From assembly GCA_964187785.1 (NCBI GenBank), contig OZ076409.1, forward strand, positions 39,742,001-39,806,000: 64,000 nt of DNA. The letters are read 5' to 3'. The translations under genes and the position numbers were made by a program. Shown here in pieces: positions 49,257 through 62,913 of the stretch. The notes under the pieces are model-generated. The model was not told where the DNA came from. It did no database searches and saw nothing but the letters and a program-made list of their open reading frames with translations. The DNA comes from Amphiscolops sp. MND2022 (taxonomy: Eukaryota). The first letter of the stretch is position 1. Every line of letters starts with the position of its first letter.

Positions 49257-49800
49257 AGCCGGGAACGACCCAAGTCGGCGCCCGCTCAAGGGTTAAAAGC
49301 AGCGAAGTCTCAAATATGCCAAGGACAACTTTTGTGAAAATTCTTAATCATCTTACAGTGCCAAAATTACACATAAGAGCACCCATGAGACTCGGAAAGC
49401 GCTCTTCCATAACTAAAACATAAAAACATTTGCGATAGAAAATTTTAATTTTCGAGAATTTTTTGAGAAACGTCGGTCCGAGCCAAAAAATCACAAAGAA
49501 CCCTTTAGTTTCGAAAAACGCTTTTACCGAATTTGATTTTTTTTGAAACGAAAGGAGGCCCTTAGTAAGATAAAACTTTCCGAAAAAAGTCACTGCCGAA
49601 AAAAAACAATGGTGCCCTTTGGAGACGTTTACTTTCGCGAAAAAAAATATTAGACCAGCTCGGGATTCGAATCTATGTAAAATTACATCGGCGAAGAGTA
49701 CCTTTTTTGTTTTGATATTTTCAGGCATGAAAAACTTTTTTTGAAACCAAATGGTGCCCCCTGTAGAGTTTTTTGGCAATCGGATTTTTCGGAATTTCCA
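49257..49800 (+). mobile_element. Diverged AGTCGGCGC-family repeat in the CenH3 intron
   Basis: caagtcggcgcccgctcaagggttaaaa...ttacagtgccaaaa... matches other copies. Confidence 0.5.
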
Positions 49801-50278
49801 TCAAAACAAGCCTTTGAACATTGTCAAACACTTTTTCGCTCAATTTTGTACCTGAAAAAATTCGATTTTCGAACCATGAGCAGGGTGCCAACTTTGGGAG
49901 TTTGCATTTCGTCGTGACGGTAGCCGTTCGTTCCGAATTTTTCCCAATCACCATGCCAATTATAACCAAATGGTGAAACTTGTGGCCTAACATAATTTGA
50001 CACATTCTTTACCATCGTTTGCATTGGATATAACGAGGTATTAATATATTTCTAACATATATATTCCAACAAAGTGCACAATTGATGAATCGAGACGAAA
50101 TGAAAAATTAATTTAATATAACCTCGACACTACACCGAGAAGTCGAAAAATTTTCAAAGCTTCATTTCAGCTCAAATCGGTTCTCTGCATTGGAAAGACC
50201 TTTACTTAAGCTTTCAAATGCACACTAGTTATCGCCACTTGTTGGCGTGGGAGCGCCACCACTGCGGAGCGGGCCTTT

Positions 50279-50441
50279 CAAATGCCGGTCTAACTCAACT
50301 GAAGCTTCATTGAAAAAGCTTCTATACGCGTTTTTAATGGTGGCCCACTGTGTTACTAGCCTAGTAACACAGTGGGCCACCATTAAAAACGCGTATAGAA
50401 GCTTTTTCAATGAAGCTTCAGTTGAGTTAGACCGGCATTTG
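50279..50441. repeat. Perfect palindrome (81-bp arms, 1-nt loop) in the CenH3 intron
   Basis: caaatgccgg...gtgttactag c ctagtaacac...ccggcatttg; no mismatch seen. Confidence 0.95.
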
Positions 50442-51213
50442 TCTCTGAGAGTGGGACAGTAACTTGCAAACAGCTGCTCAGGTATCGGGAAAAAGCAAAT
50501 CTTCTGAAATGGGAGCCAAATTTTTTTGCAAACTTTCACTTTTATCCAGTTACTTTTTTGTCCATGGCTCGCAAAAAACTATACTGATAAAATAACAACA
50601 AACACCAGATAGTTCAATAGATTGTCGATAAGAAAGACAAATTTTCGTTTTCCTATATGCTTTTTGTTTCGTATGCTTTATTGATTGCGAAAAATGTCGC
50701 TGTCCTCATTTGAGGACAAAATCACTGTCGAGGTTAATTACAAAACAATTTTATACGGAATTAGACAACATCTTTTATTTTACCACGTTTCGACAAAATC
50801 GGTCCCTTTGGAGCTAAGTAACAATTCTACAAAAAAAATTCACAGAAACTTCAAAAAATCAATTCGTCACTTCTACGTTAATTTTGTAGGATCAAATCTT
50901 ATTTTCTTGAAACTTAGCGGATGTGAATCTTTCAATTCCAAACTAATTCTCAAAGCATCTTGGACTATCATCTTGGTTATTTGTATAAAGGGAAAAAAAC
51001 TAACATCAGAATGAAAGGGACTACTAAAGAATGACTTTACTCCTTTCAAACAGCAGCTTAAATTGTTGACTTTTAAACTGTTCCCATCTTTTTGTGACCC
51101 GAGAAATAAAAGCTCACCAAAAACTGAGAAATTACAGAAAAACCAGACGATTTCATTCAGAAAACCTAAAAATGAAAAACTCTGCACGTAGCTTAGAACA
51201 CACTCAAACTCAC

Positions 51214-51518
51214 TTTATTTCACAGTGGCCACAAATACTTATTGTGATCTCGCGTACGAGTCTTTGAAACGGAAGTTTCCTGATCAGAAGCTCTGTACTG
51301 TTCTGGTATCTGCGAATCTCCTGCAAAGCAACCACTCCCGGTTTCCTCCTAGTGCTCTTCTTTTTGATCGGCGAAATTTCACTGTAATCGTAGAGCAGGG
51401 ACTTGGATTGGCTCAGGTCACTCAATTTCCTTTTTGCCGCTAGTATTCCAGGGGGGACACTTTGGGGAGGCACTGCTCCACGACTGGTCTTTCTCGCCGT
51501 CTGTCGTACGCGAGACAT
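51214..51518 (-). CDS. CENPA: CenH3/CENP-A-like histone H3 variant, exon 1 (156 aa spliced; 2403-bp phase-2 intron)
   Basis: [14 protein letters not shown], a long divergent tail, then [45 protein letters not shown]; donor AA|gtgagt. Loop 1 has 11 residues between EI and WQ (human CENP-A 11, H3 9) and Trp replaces H3 Phe84. Confidence 0.8.
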
Positions 51519-52905
51519 TTTATACAGTTTGCAGAACAAATTATCTTCTGTAACGCCAACATTTACATTTACACAGAAGTCAGAACGCCTAATGTTAAAA
51601 ACTCGTTGAAAGCTTCATTCTCTAACTACCATATGTAGTGAAAAAACAGCCAACCTCGATTAGGAAAAGTTTTCGAAAAAAAAGCAGCATTTTTGGTTGA
51701 TGTACATAATAAAGAGCCGCAACTAGATCCTTCTGAAATCATAATTTTTCAACAGGAGCGCCTTTAGTATTCAATTTGGCGCCAAAAACGTGTGCAACTT
51801 CAACAAACTATCTGCGGTTTACAATCAGTTTCTATTCAAATTTCAGCGTTTGCTACTTCAGTTCTGCTGATTCGGAAAGTATAGAAAATCAAAATCGGCA
51901 CTTTTGCGAGAATCGGAGAATTAGAGTCACGACTATTTTTTGAGTAAACAAGGTTTCGGATACATAGAATAATTCACAAAGCTTTAATCATAAAGCAGGC
52001 CTTACATAATAAACAAAAGATCCAAAACATCTAAATTGTATTTTCCGATGTCCAGGCCCGACTTACGTATCTATTCATCAACTTTCAAAACAGAACAATA
52101 AATTCGATAAAAATCAGGAACAGAAATCAGGGTAGTCCTGAGTCAAGTGCATTTGCATTGGCGTTTTCACTCCAACCATATTGGCTGCCCTCTCGACCAA
52201 TCAGACCGCAAGAGACCGATCGATACATGGGAAGGTAATGAATTTTTAATATACGGAAATAAAACATTTCAGTAACAGCAAAACTGTCTAAATAATTTCC
52301 AAGATGTCATTTTTCAATACATCAATCACTTTTAGACTTGCCGATCAATTGCCGTTTTACAAAACTTGGGTCAGATTTCTCAGTTTTACTTCTAGTAAAA
52401 TACGTCCGAACCCAAGGAATTTCATTGGATGAATTAAAATCTTGAACAAGGACCTTTTGAGTTTGAACAAAAGAGATAAATGACTTTCTGGACTCACTTT
52501 TTGAAACTGAAGCGAAAGCACGTCACAAGGTACTTTAGTCGCAGTTAGTTAGTCAATAATTGCTTCCATTCATTATCTAATCTTACAAGCAGCTTTGAGG
52601 GCTAGTTACAAGTGAGCAAATCAGTTAGTTTTTGTTCCGACATGCACAGATTGATTCAAAAGCTTATCTGACATGATATTCAAGAATTTATCTACGTTAC
52701 CACGTGGATTAGCCAAGAAAATATCATATTTAACGAATCAGTATCGAAAAGAAATGGTCGAACAGCCTCGTCGCTACAATATTTAACACAGAGGCGAAGC
52801 GGTGCTTCGCAACACATGACGAAGACAACGATTATTTTAATATGCGTATATATATTATTTTAATCGCATGCGTATATATTCAACAGTTCAACGTTATTCA
52901 ATAAC

Positions 52906-52975
52906 GTCCTTATGGCACAGTGGTTAACACTTATGCCGCGCAATCGGGAGGCTGCAGGTTCGAATCTCTCTGGGG
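52906..52975 (+). ncRNA. tRNA-derived sequence (SINE head or tRNA pseudogene)
   Basis: A box tggcacagtgg and B box ggttcgaatc at tRNA-like spacing; stems are poorly paired. Confidence 0.55.
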
Positions 52976-53093
52976 TTTTGGCTTTTCTCTAAAAGGCGCT
53001 TATTATGAAGTTGGCTATTGTGGAAAAAAAACTTTCTTAGCTGGACTGCAATGCACATTGACTTCGTCATGTGCAAAAAGCCAGGAACGGCCC

Positions 53094-53652
53094 AAGTCGG
53101 CGCCATATCTAAAGCTCAAAAATAGCAAAAGGACTTCAAAGTGTCAAGTATTCTCTTCTACAGTACCCGAAGAACTCAAAAGATTGATTGGCGCGCCCTT
53201 TCGGATTTTTAACATCCATTCAGTTGCAGAATATAAAAATTACATCCGAGCTTTAAACTTTATATCCGAACTTTGAAAACGTTTTATCCGAACTTCGAAA
53301 ACGTTACATCGAAACAAAACTTGGAAAACGTTGTATCTGAACTTTGAAAACGCTATTTTATGAGAAAAGTCGCATAGTGCCAAAAAAATCAAAGGGGGAC
53401 AGTTTGGTCTACCCTCTACTTTCGGACTAGCACAAACTAAAAACGTTATAGCCGGAATTCGTTATATGCGCTTTGCGCTATATCCGGTATGGGTTGTGTT
53501 ATTTTCGAAGGGAACTACTTAACACTTTTTACAGCTTTGAAAATTCTCCAAGAAACGTCATATCCGGTATACGTTACAGCTTATAAAATCTGTCACTTCA
53601 TTGGTCTTAAAAAACCCAGCGCTATGGTTTTCTACCAAAACTCCGACTAAAA
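53094..53652 (+). mobile_element. AGTCGGCGC-family repeat copy
   Basis: aagtcggcgccatatctaaagctcaaa ... ccgactaaaaa. Confidence 0.6.
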
Positions 53653-54149
53653 AAAGCTCGCTTGCCATTCCTTCAATATCAAATGTCTGACCGAAAAAAG
53701 GCGTGGGGCAGCAGAAGTGTCTGAAAAAAAACATGATTTTATACACCAGCACATGAAAGTACGAACAAACCGAAGTAATAAGAATAGAAGAATAGAGTCT
53801 GAAGGGCCGAGTGAAAACTTTGTTACAGTTTTAAGGCCTTGTTCAACAGATTCCCGTACTTTGGTATAAAGACGTCTCAAGGGTTTCGGCATACATTTGA
53901 GTGCCAGTCTTTTGGCACAACTTTTAATTCGTTATTTTTCACTTCATCTTTGTTTTTTTTTGCAGATCAATCACCTTCGTTAATTTTCATCTTGAGAATT
54001 GCCCCAAATTTCGAATGGCCGTACTTCGGAACAGTTTGGCGGGTTCTCATCTTTTGGTATGTAAGAGAAGTTTTCAGACTCTAGCCAGTCTGTGAATGAT
54101 CTTACAAACTGTGCTGTCTCTTTATCGGGCCACAAGACTACGTTTTGAA

Positions 54150-54450
54150 GTGACTCGTGATTTTCTATTATGAAAGACTTCAGATTTTTTTCTCAGACGT
54201 TTCAAATACAGGCCTTGATCAACCATAACTTGATCAACAACTTCGATTTTGCTGATGCCATTCTTAGATTTCGCGGCCCATACCATTGGCATAATTTTCT
54301 GATTCCAGCGTACTTTACGGCTGACGGAGTCAACTTTTTGTCTCTAGAATAGAACCAGCGTTTTCCAGCGCGACTCGTACCCGATGAGTTAAAGTATGAC
54401 TCGTCATCCATGACCACATCTTTGATCCTTAAACATTTTCTTTAAGCTTG
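54150..54450 (-). pseudogene. Tc1/mariner transposase fragment
   Basis: VVMDDESYFNSSG (first catalytic Asp motif, DES). Confidence 0.5.
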
Positions 54451-54904
54451 ATCAAACCACGTTTTTGAGCTTTCATTCTCCGGTGTTGACTTCGGTACCT
54501 TTTCACTGAGAGAAGCCTTCTCGAAATTTCGCTAGGACTCTGCGAACCGATCATGCACTAATTCTCAGTTTAGTTGCGAATTTCCACTGGCTAACTCATG
54601 TAAGGTCATCGAATTGACGTCGATTTTTCAGCTCTCCCAGGTAATCTAATTTGCGGTTGTGTCCTCCCGATCCGGCTTTTTGAGTCAACAGTCCGCTCCG
54701 AAACATCATAAATTCTGAACTGAGAAGCGACGAACTTTTTTGTGTTGTTTCTAGTGATTCCCCAACAAAATACCAATGAGATTTGAACTTGCCATGAGAG
54801 ATCTTTTTTTGGTGAATTATTGTTCATTTATCAAGGTAGAAGCAGTTTTCACTGAAGCTTTGAATGAGGAAATCAATTCTTCATAAAACTTACCAGAAGT
54901 GTTT

Positions 54905-55295
54905 TTAGTCGGCGCCTTTTCCCTCAAGGAAAAACGCCCTACTATTACAGTGGGCAGTTTTTCAGCCAACAATCTCACTCTGAATGGTATTTTCACACAA
55001 TTCTTAAAATCTTACAATTTTAACAATTCTTACTTAGCTTACGAAGTCGTATTTTTACATCATCCAAGAAACTCAACGGCCAAAAGGTACTCCCGTAGAG
55101 TATTTTCGGCTCTATGATACTTTTGTCCCCGAAAAAATTATTCACCAAAAGGCCCCCTTCAGTTTTTTGATATTTTCCGACAGAATGGATGTTGAAAAGT
55201 CCCAAAGGGCATTGTGAGACTTCAATTCTTTTTCAAAAAAGGGTCCCCAACTCACCAATACTTTGACATTTTGAAGTCCTTTTGGTATTTTTGAG
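54905..55295 (-). mobile_element. AGTCGGCGC-family repeat copy, truncated next to the LINE 3' end
   Basis: tttttagtcggcgcctttt...ggatgttgaaaagtcccaaaggg...ttttgagccttagat. Confidence 0.55.
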
Positions 55296-55319
55296 CCTTA
55301 GATCTTTCGTGTGTCGTCA

Positions 55320-57690
55320 TCTCAAAGGTGCAGCAACTCGTTTTCCAACCATTGAACTGTCGAAGGGTCGAGCCTCCGAACACCTTTTTCCAGAGGGGTG
55401 TGAGAATTTTGCATTGTGACAGTATGTGCTCGGCTGTTTGGGGGGCTTCACCGCAGATCAGTGAGGCCCCATTTCTCCAGGCATGTTTTAAAGCGACCAT
55501 AGCTCGTGCGTAGCTTGTTCAGGTGGCACCAAGCCCGTCTGGACAGGTGGGCTCCAATGGGGAGATCAACAACCGGCGTCTCAATAAAGTTCTTGAGGTT
55601 GAAGCTGGAGTCACTCCACATGTACCGCCATTTGTCGATTGGTTTGCTTCTATCATCTGTAGCGCTCTGCAGGTTGTGATAGATGGGATGTCGTGATGGC
55701 AATCTCAACCGATGTTCGTAACCTAGCATTTCGTGAATGATATGAGGAGGATACCTCATGACTTTCTTAGCTAGGTTTCTGGCAGCCAGTTCACGTTGCA
55801 GGGAGGGCGCATGATACAGCTTAGCATTGGGAGGCACTCTGTTGGCGATGATTTTACGCACCCAGTGACAATTCTCATGGCACTTGGTGTCCAACCGAGT
55901 TCAACTTGGTGTCTAGTTTCTTCACGTGTGCGCTCTGATCCTAAATGGGTGAGCAGTGTTCTGCAGTGCTGTAAACTAAAGCCAGCGAGGATAGGCGCCA
56001 TGTGTGAGCGGTAGCGCCCCAGAATGTCCCCGCTAACTTCCGGAGAAGGGCAACTCGGGAATTACATTTGTTGCCAGTTGCTTCAAGTGTGGGCCAAATG
56101 TAAGGGAACGGTCAAGAACAACACCAAGGTAGATGGGATTGGGTTCGATTTTGACTCTAGTGGGGCCAGCTGTGATGTTTATCTGGCGATTGGCTTCTCT
56201 ATTGTTGAGTTGAAACATCGTGGCTATCGTCTTCTTCCAGCTAACGGTCAGGCGCCATTTGCTCAAAGTAGTCGCACAGGATTGCAGAATCTGCAGACAT
56301 TACTTCTTCAATTCGGTCCCATTTCCTGTGGGCATAGGACATCGCAAGATCATCAGCGTAGCCATATTGATTGGACTTTGTCGCGGGGATATTGTGGATG
56401 TGTATGTTAAACAAAAATGGGGACAGTATGGAACCTTGTGGGACACCATTTTTCAGGAACTTTCTGTTGCTGCGCTTTCAATCAGTAGTGGTTAGGACAA
56501 AATTACGTTGCACCAAAGTTTCCATTATGAACACCACGAGGTCAGGGTTTGGAATTACCTTTAGCAACTTGAGGTGCAACCCTTTCCGCCAGATGGTATC
56601 TTAGGCAGCGGTGAGGTCCGCGAGTATCAGTCCAGTTTTTTCTTGACGTTGGAAGGCTTTCTCGATTCTGCCAGTGAGGAGACGAACTTAGTCTACAGTA
56701 GATTTTCCTCGGCGAAAGCCGTCTTGTGTTTTCGGGATCTTTGGGTCTACTATGGGGTCAATCCTTTGTAGAATGAGTCTTTCGTGAAGTTGAACGGGGT
56801 GCAGAGGAGAGATATGGGTCTGTAACTTTTGGGGTCATTGATAGGCTTATTCAGTTTGGGGATCGCGACTACCAATGCTTGTCTCCAGATTTTGGGAATT
56901 TTGATTTCGTTTTTACAACGATTGAAGAAAGTTAGAAGCCATTTGAGGGAGTTCACGGGGAGGTTCTTCAGCATGTCAGGTGGGATGAGGTCAGGTCCTT
57001 GGGCCTTGCCGCATTTGACTAGACGCAGCGCTTCCACGAGCTCCTCTAACGTGAAATCGTTCAGCAAGTGGGGGGTTTCGGCTTCTTGATGTACAAGGCG
57101 GCTAAGTTCGTTGTTGATAGATCTTCCAAACGTTTTGTCGACATTGCTATGTTTTCCGCTATCTACAAGCTGCCATGCAAGAGTTCGCAGAAATTTCAGT
57201 TCGCTTGGGTTTTGGCTTTCTGCCAGTGAGCTTGTGCAGGCTTAACCATGCTTTGCGACTAGAATGGGTAAAATCTACGCTTGACACTGCTTCATGCCAT
57301 CTCTCGCGTTTGCACTTCAATATTTCGTCCATTAGAATGTCAGCATTCTGTACGGTTAGGCTGTTAATGAAGGCCTGGTAGAGGCTTTGGTACGTTTGTC
57401 CAGCAAGGAACATGATTTTCCTGCATCCACGTGGGATGCTCATTTTAGCCGCATTCAGAACTGAGGTCGTCCATGAGCTATGGGCTGATTTAATATCACC
57501 TTCATTGGGTCCTCTGGCTCGGCGCTCTTATCAAGGAGGGTTTGGTGTTGTGACAATTGAAGTCACCTGCAAAGACAAAACTTTGGGTAGTCCGAGGGAG
57601 TTCATTCAGGAGGAGGGGCGATTTTGGTGGCTTGTACACATTTACCGCAAGAACTCCATCCGTCCGTTCCCGGCTCGTTTTTGTTCAACG
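55320..57690 (-). mobile_element. 5'-truncated degenerate non-LTR retrotransposon (RT plus C-terminal Cys/His; RTE-X-like by impression)
   Basis: GPDLIP...IPKIWRQALVVAIPK...KSYRPISLLC; GYADDLAM; YLGVVLDRSLTF; CGEAPQTAEHILSQC; multiple frameshifts. Confidence 0.85.
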
Positions 57691-58195
57691 CTATGGAGCT
57701 TAAAACATTTATATGCTTTTGCAGCTTCACACTTTTTGAACCAAAAACGCTGAGGAATGTTCCACTGGCTAGTTTTTTTTGAAGGCATTCAATTGGAAAG
57801 TTGATCAACAGAACAATACTATAGCAAACACTCAACATACTCAAAAAGATGAAACGTATTACATCAAATCCGGAAACATCTATAACTGACAATGACTAAC
57901 GATTACTAATTTTATCAATTCATGTTCTGGACAAAAAATACTGCAAGGAGCAATCGATAGACGTTTCGAAAAAATCAAAAGTCGGATTTTTATTGAGAAT
58001 TTGAAAATTTCACCAGTATTAGTACACATTTTTCGTACCAGTATTCACAAATGAATTGGCTTCGCACATGGCACGAATTATAAGGCATGTTTTATAAAAG
58101 GGAAACAGGGTAACTTTTAACCGCAAATTTAACCGAAGCCAAATCAGGTTTAGTATTTGCTTGTATGGCTCTTACAAAAATAGCGCCATTTTGCT

Positions 58196-58907
58196 TACCG
58201 TATTTCTTCGGATATAGCCCGCGGGTTGTATTATTAAATTGGAGCGTTCAATGCGGGTTGTAAGCGACATGTGGGTTTTAACCGGGGGCGGGTAATAAAG
58301 TAAAATTTGTGCGAAAATTATTTTTTGTACGATACTAAAGTACATGTAGACCTACATTTTATTTCTCAGGACTTAATTTCTGTCCAGTGCGTAGCCTTTT
58401 ACAAACCACTTGAAATTTACTGTCGCGTATTTCAGATTCATATTTATTGCCAAATGGCAAAATATTCGAACTGACGTCGTTATTCTGTGGTATTACTCAA
58501 AGTGATCCTAATTATATTCATTGCGTAAAGCCCGAACAACCAGCTGATGCTGCTTTTCATGAAATCAATCATCGCATCGCAGAATTAGGAAACTCTGTTT
58601 TAGTGGACGAAGAATGCTTTATTGTAAAACGACCCATGGATGACTACGATGATAATGATGTTATGAAGGAACAGCTTATATCTGATGAAGATTTACAAAT
58701 GGAACAAATGGAAGTACTGGATGTACCACCGCACCTACGAGAAATTCTTGATATTTGAAAAAACCATTTAACTTCATGCATTTTGTGTTTTTTACATGTT
58801 TTTGTTTTAAAATTTAACATTAAACAATTTTTTTCTGCTGGTTATAAGCGGGGGCGGGTGGTTATAAGTTGATATCAATGACTTAAATTGACCGAAGAAT
58901 TACGGTA
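58196..58907 (+). mobile_element. pogo/Tigger-like non-autonomous DNA transposon
   Basis: TA-flanked TIRs taccgtatttcttcgg / ccgaagaattacggta (1 mismatch); internal WQNIRTDVVI...FCGIT plus an acidic tail resembles a pogo transposase C-terminus. Confidence 0.7.
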
Positions 58908-59249
58908 TTTGTGCGCTCACGCTTCAGGCGAACAAAATACAAGTGATCTCTGAAGTCTTGAGTTTAGCGACTCGGGTAATTGATCATTATAAAGGTTGTT
59001 TGTCAAACTAAGCACAAAAGTAAATTGCAATAACTTTTGATCTAATCAACAGAATAACTCAAATTTGACATGGATATAGATGAAATATGTAATTTTCATA
59101 GTATCATATGAAAATAATATAAATCAGTCAAAAACTTGTCCATGAGCATCATTTTTGCTACATTTTTCACGGCTTTCTTTGCCTCGAATGGTGGGACTGT
59201 TTGAAAGAATGCGTCTCCGCATTCGTGTAGTTCAAAAACGTCAATAGGG

Positions 59250-59720
59250 TTCCGTCCATATACATTCTGTGCTGCATATCAATCAGGAGTCTAAAGAGTT
59301 CAAATCCGGTGACAGCATGTCATATATTCGACGAACGCCTGCTAATGACCCTCTCGCCAAATTCATCTTTCAAGGCATTGAGAACTTCGATGATGCAATG
59401 AGCCGTTGTCCTGTCTTGCTGGAACCAAATTGCTCGTGCATCTTTTCTTGTAAACACTTTTTCACGAAGCAACTGAAGGTACCGTTCTGCGTTAACAGGC
59501 TGTGGGCGACCACTCTCGTCACAACCTGAATGGTGAAATGACAGCACCTTGTAGGATTCCAGTCCAACATATGATATTTTGCCTTGATATTTTGTCTCGG
59601 AGAGACATCTTGGGCTTGTTCTGGACCAGCACCTGTCATTTTGATGATTGGGTTCTTTGTCCCATACCCACGCAAATTTCGTCAGTTGAAAAAACACGAC
59701 AAAAATCTGTCAACAAAATC
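59250..59720 (-). pseudogene. Tc1/mariner transposase fragment
   Basis: VNAERYLQLL...IWFQQDRTTAH...and SPDLNSLD in a shifted frame. Confidence 0.8.
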
Positions 59721-60570
59721 TGATCCTGTACTTGTCATTCACATACAAAAAGGTAGTTTTTCAGAGAATTTGAAATCAATTTTAGCTCTCCGTTAATAAT
59801 TTTGATAGGAAACGTTTATGCGTGCATCATTGCACGTGAGTGATGCAATATTCAATATCGAATATGGAAACTAAAAGTGTTTCCTGTTCATTTTTCGTCC
59901 ATTGAAATACCAACTGAAACAATCAAATCAGTAAAAGTTTCAAAACGTTCAAAGACAGTCTTGATCATAATTTGTTACTCTCAGGACTTCGTCTAAAAAC
60001 TGATCTAGAAATCTGTCTAGATCAAGTCAAATTTGTCACATGGATTTTCTGATGATAAGAGTCAATGGTATAACCGTAATTTGTTATTCCGTTGACTCGC
60101 ACCGTTTGATTGTAGAAGCCAAAAAGTTCATCTCTTGTATGGACAGCACTGCTACACCAACCATTAGTTGGAAATTCTAATTGAGTCCAAAACTTTTCGC
60201 AGATATAAAATGATGGATCAGAACAAAAATACCGAAAAAAAGTAAAAATAACAAATTTCAACCAAATATATAGTAAATTCACGACGGCAATAAATTCCGT
60301 GAATAAAAACTAATGATGTCTTTCGGACTTTTCTGAGAACTCAATTTCACTGGAATTTATTGGTTCTAATTCGAGAATTTCTCAAAATTGATCGTTATTT
60401 AGATATATAACTTCAGGAGAAGGCTAGTTAGGTTTTAGCTTTTCCGTATACTTTGAAAAAGTAGATAGTCTATGTATTAAATTTGACAATAAATAAATCA
60501 TTTCGATCATCAAAGTAACATGATATGGCCATTGTGCACTTGAAAAACAGAATGATATACAGATGCTTAA

Positions 60571-61322
60571 TCAATTTGATCGATCGTCTTCATCTGAAGA
60601 CATCAAATCAAGGTCATTTATTTCTGTTTGTAACTGAGTCTGTACACACTGTTCAATCACATTCAGATGTAGGGAATATTGTTGATCGAGACCAATATAG
60701 GAGTCACTCATTAGATAAAGGTAATATATCACTCTTCCAGGGTTCTCGGGGGTGTAGAACGATAGAGACAAGGTTTGATTGGGTCTCAAACTAGTCAACC
60801 TTTTCATTGCAAGTAATTCCTTGTGTTCTACATCTCCCAACACCAGAAACCATCCCGCTGGTTTAGGTTTCGGAAACTTGGGCGCATATGCATTTCGAGG
60901 ACATCGATTAAGTTTGCGAATGGTTACTTCCACCAGATATTCTTGGTCTCCGTGCACGTCAACCCAAAGTTTGGGATCCTTTATATTTTTCGTTGATGGG
61001 TTGACAATGAGGACATTTTTTGCAACTCTGACAGCTGTGCTTTCTTGCCAAAATCCAGATACGTTCAACGAAACTTTCATGATGGGCAACATTTCCAAAC
61101 CTTTGAAAAACATTTCCATCTCGTGCGTTTTCAGTTGACTTTGCATAATCTCACGTAGCTCTCGTGGTTTTTCTTTGTTGAACATCATGAGCTCGGGCAA
61201 AGACCTGCCATAATTGTAGTTGGACTGCGATGGATTTCGGCTGTAGCTTTTTCGTAAATATCCAATGAGGAAGTTGTCCAAAGGAGGCAGTTGTAAAAAT
61301 GGTGATTGAGTTATCCACATGC
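60571..61322 (-). CDS. ASCC3: ASCC3 terminal exon (Sec63-like domain 2)
   Basis: Acceptor tttag|GC; AYAPKFPKPKPAGWFLVLGDVEHKELLAMKR...YLMSDSYIGLDQQY. Confidence 0.9.
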
Positions 61323-61581
61323 CTAAACATGGATTAAATTTCAGGAACAATTTCGTCAAAATACCCTAACGCTGAATTACGCTCGCTATTGGAGAATTAA
61401 GTCCAGTTTAAATCAAGCCAAAGTTTGTTTCGACGAAATTTGGGTTTTCCTTACTGCATATTTCAAGCTAATATCATAATATCCTAATCCGATAAAGCCC
61501 AATTAATTTACACCCTGTCGAAATACGTTAATGTGAATGATTTATCCTTTATAGTTTCTTTAAATATCTGGTTGAACTAAC

Positions 61582-62311
61582 CTTGAACAATCATTTGGAT
61601 GAGTTGCATAATTCTCAGGGAGAAGTTCAACCACCCACGATCAGCCACACAGTCCAATAACGCTTGAAGAATTCGGATAGATTGGTCCAAAACTGACTTC
61701 GTATCTGTCAAATAATCAGTGCATGGTAACGCGGCACCGGTGAAGTGGGCTTGAAAAAGGAGGAACGCTTTCACATGGGGATCATCCAACATGTAAGGAT
61801 TCACTTCAAGCGGCACTAGCTTGGCCAAATCCGCATTCAGAAGTTCTTCATTGTGTCTGACAGGCAGCTCGTTGTATTCACATGCGTCTGTCAGCAGCTT
61901 CAAAATATCTGCGGTTGTTGCATCCGGGTTTGCTTTTTCACTGAACAGACGAACAGTCATGTGACTGACGTAATAATATGACGCAATTCGACCCAAAACT
62001 TGAGGTTCCAGTTCGATTTCATCTTCTCCGACTGCAACACAATTACTAGTGCAGAGTTCATTCACAGATTTCTCGATCAAGTTGGAAAGAAAAAGGTTGA
62101 CCTCGGACTGATCAGTGCCGCTGAGACCGTAAAAAGCTGGGTTCATGAGTAATCTTCGGAAAAAGTAAGTCCATGTGACGTATTCGATGGCATCCTGTTT
62201 TGAGTTGATGGTGCCCGCAATAATTTCAGCGTTTAAATGTTCAGGAAGGACAGCGAGAAGCGAGGATTCCACTGGGAACGGTTCGTACAAAAACTTCTTG
62301 TAGAAATTTTT
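61582..62311 (-). CDS. ASCC3: ASCC3 internal exon (winged helix / Sec63 start)
   Basis: KNFYKKFLYEPFPVESSL...HLNAEIIAGTINSKQDAIEYVTWTYFFRRLLMNPAFY; acceptor ttttag at 62312, donor G|gttagt at 61581. Confidence 0.9.
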
Positions 62312-62913
62312 CTAAAAGTAAAAAAAATGACATGAATTGAACTATAGAGAAGTTGGGATCGGGCAATTGGTGGAGTTGAATGTAGAATGAATTATTAAAG
62401 CACCCGGAAGGCAAATTATTTTCAGCCCATATTTTCATCTGAGCCGTGTGTTTTTCCATACTTCACCATTCTCCTTTTTTCATCAAAATATAGAGGTTCT
62501 TCCACAGAATTCAACTAACACAAAATTAGGTTCGTAGGACATGTATTTGGAGAAATAATAAAATTTCGACGTTCGATAAAATTTTTGAATGTTTTCGAGG
62601 AAATAAATATCAACAAATTTCGGAGACAAATTAATTATCTAATTAGCATACTTTTTGGAAAGAAATCCAAAATTTTGTTACAAGAAAGTGCTCAAAAGAA
62701 ACCAATAAGACCCAAAAAAGTCTATTTATTTTGTTTGGGATTTTTTGTACAAGTTTCGTAGTGTACGGGGTCTTGAAATAATTCAGGGCGGAAAAATACA
62801 AGTGCTCGTTGGGCGTATTGTATTGAAAATTTTTTTTTTCAAGAAAAATTCTTTCCATCATTACTAAACATGCCAATCGCCCGTGTTTTCCAGTGGATAG
62901 AAACAACACTGAC

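Noticed and set aside
50225-50539. Mirror-image ORFs on both strands
   Set aside because: A direct consequence of the perfect palindrome.
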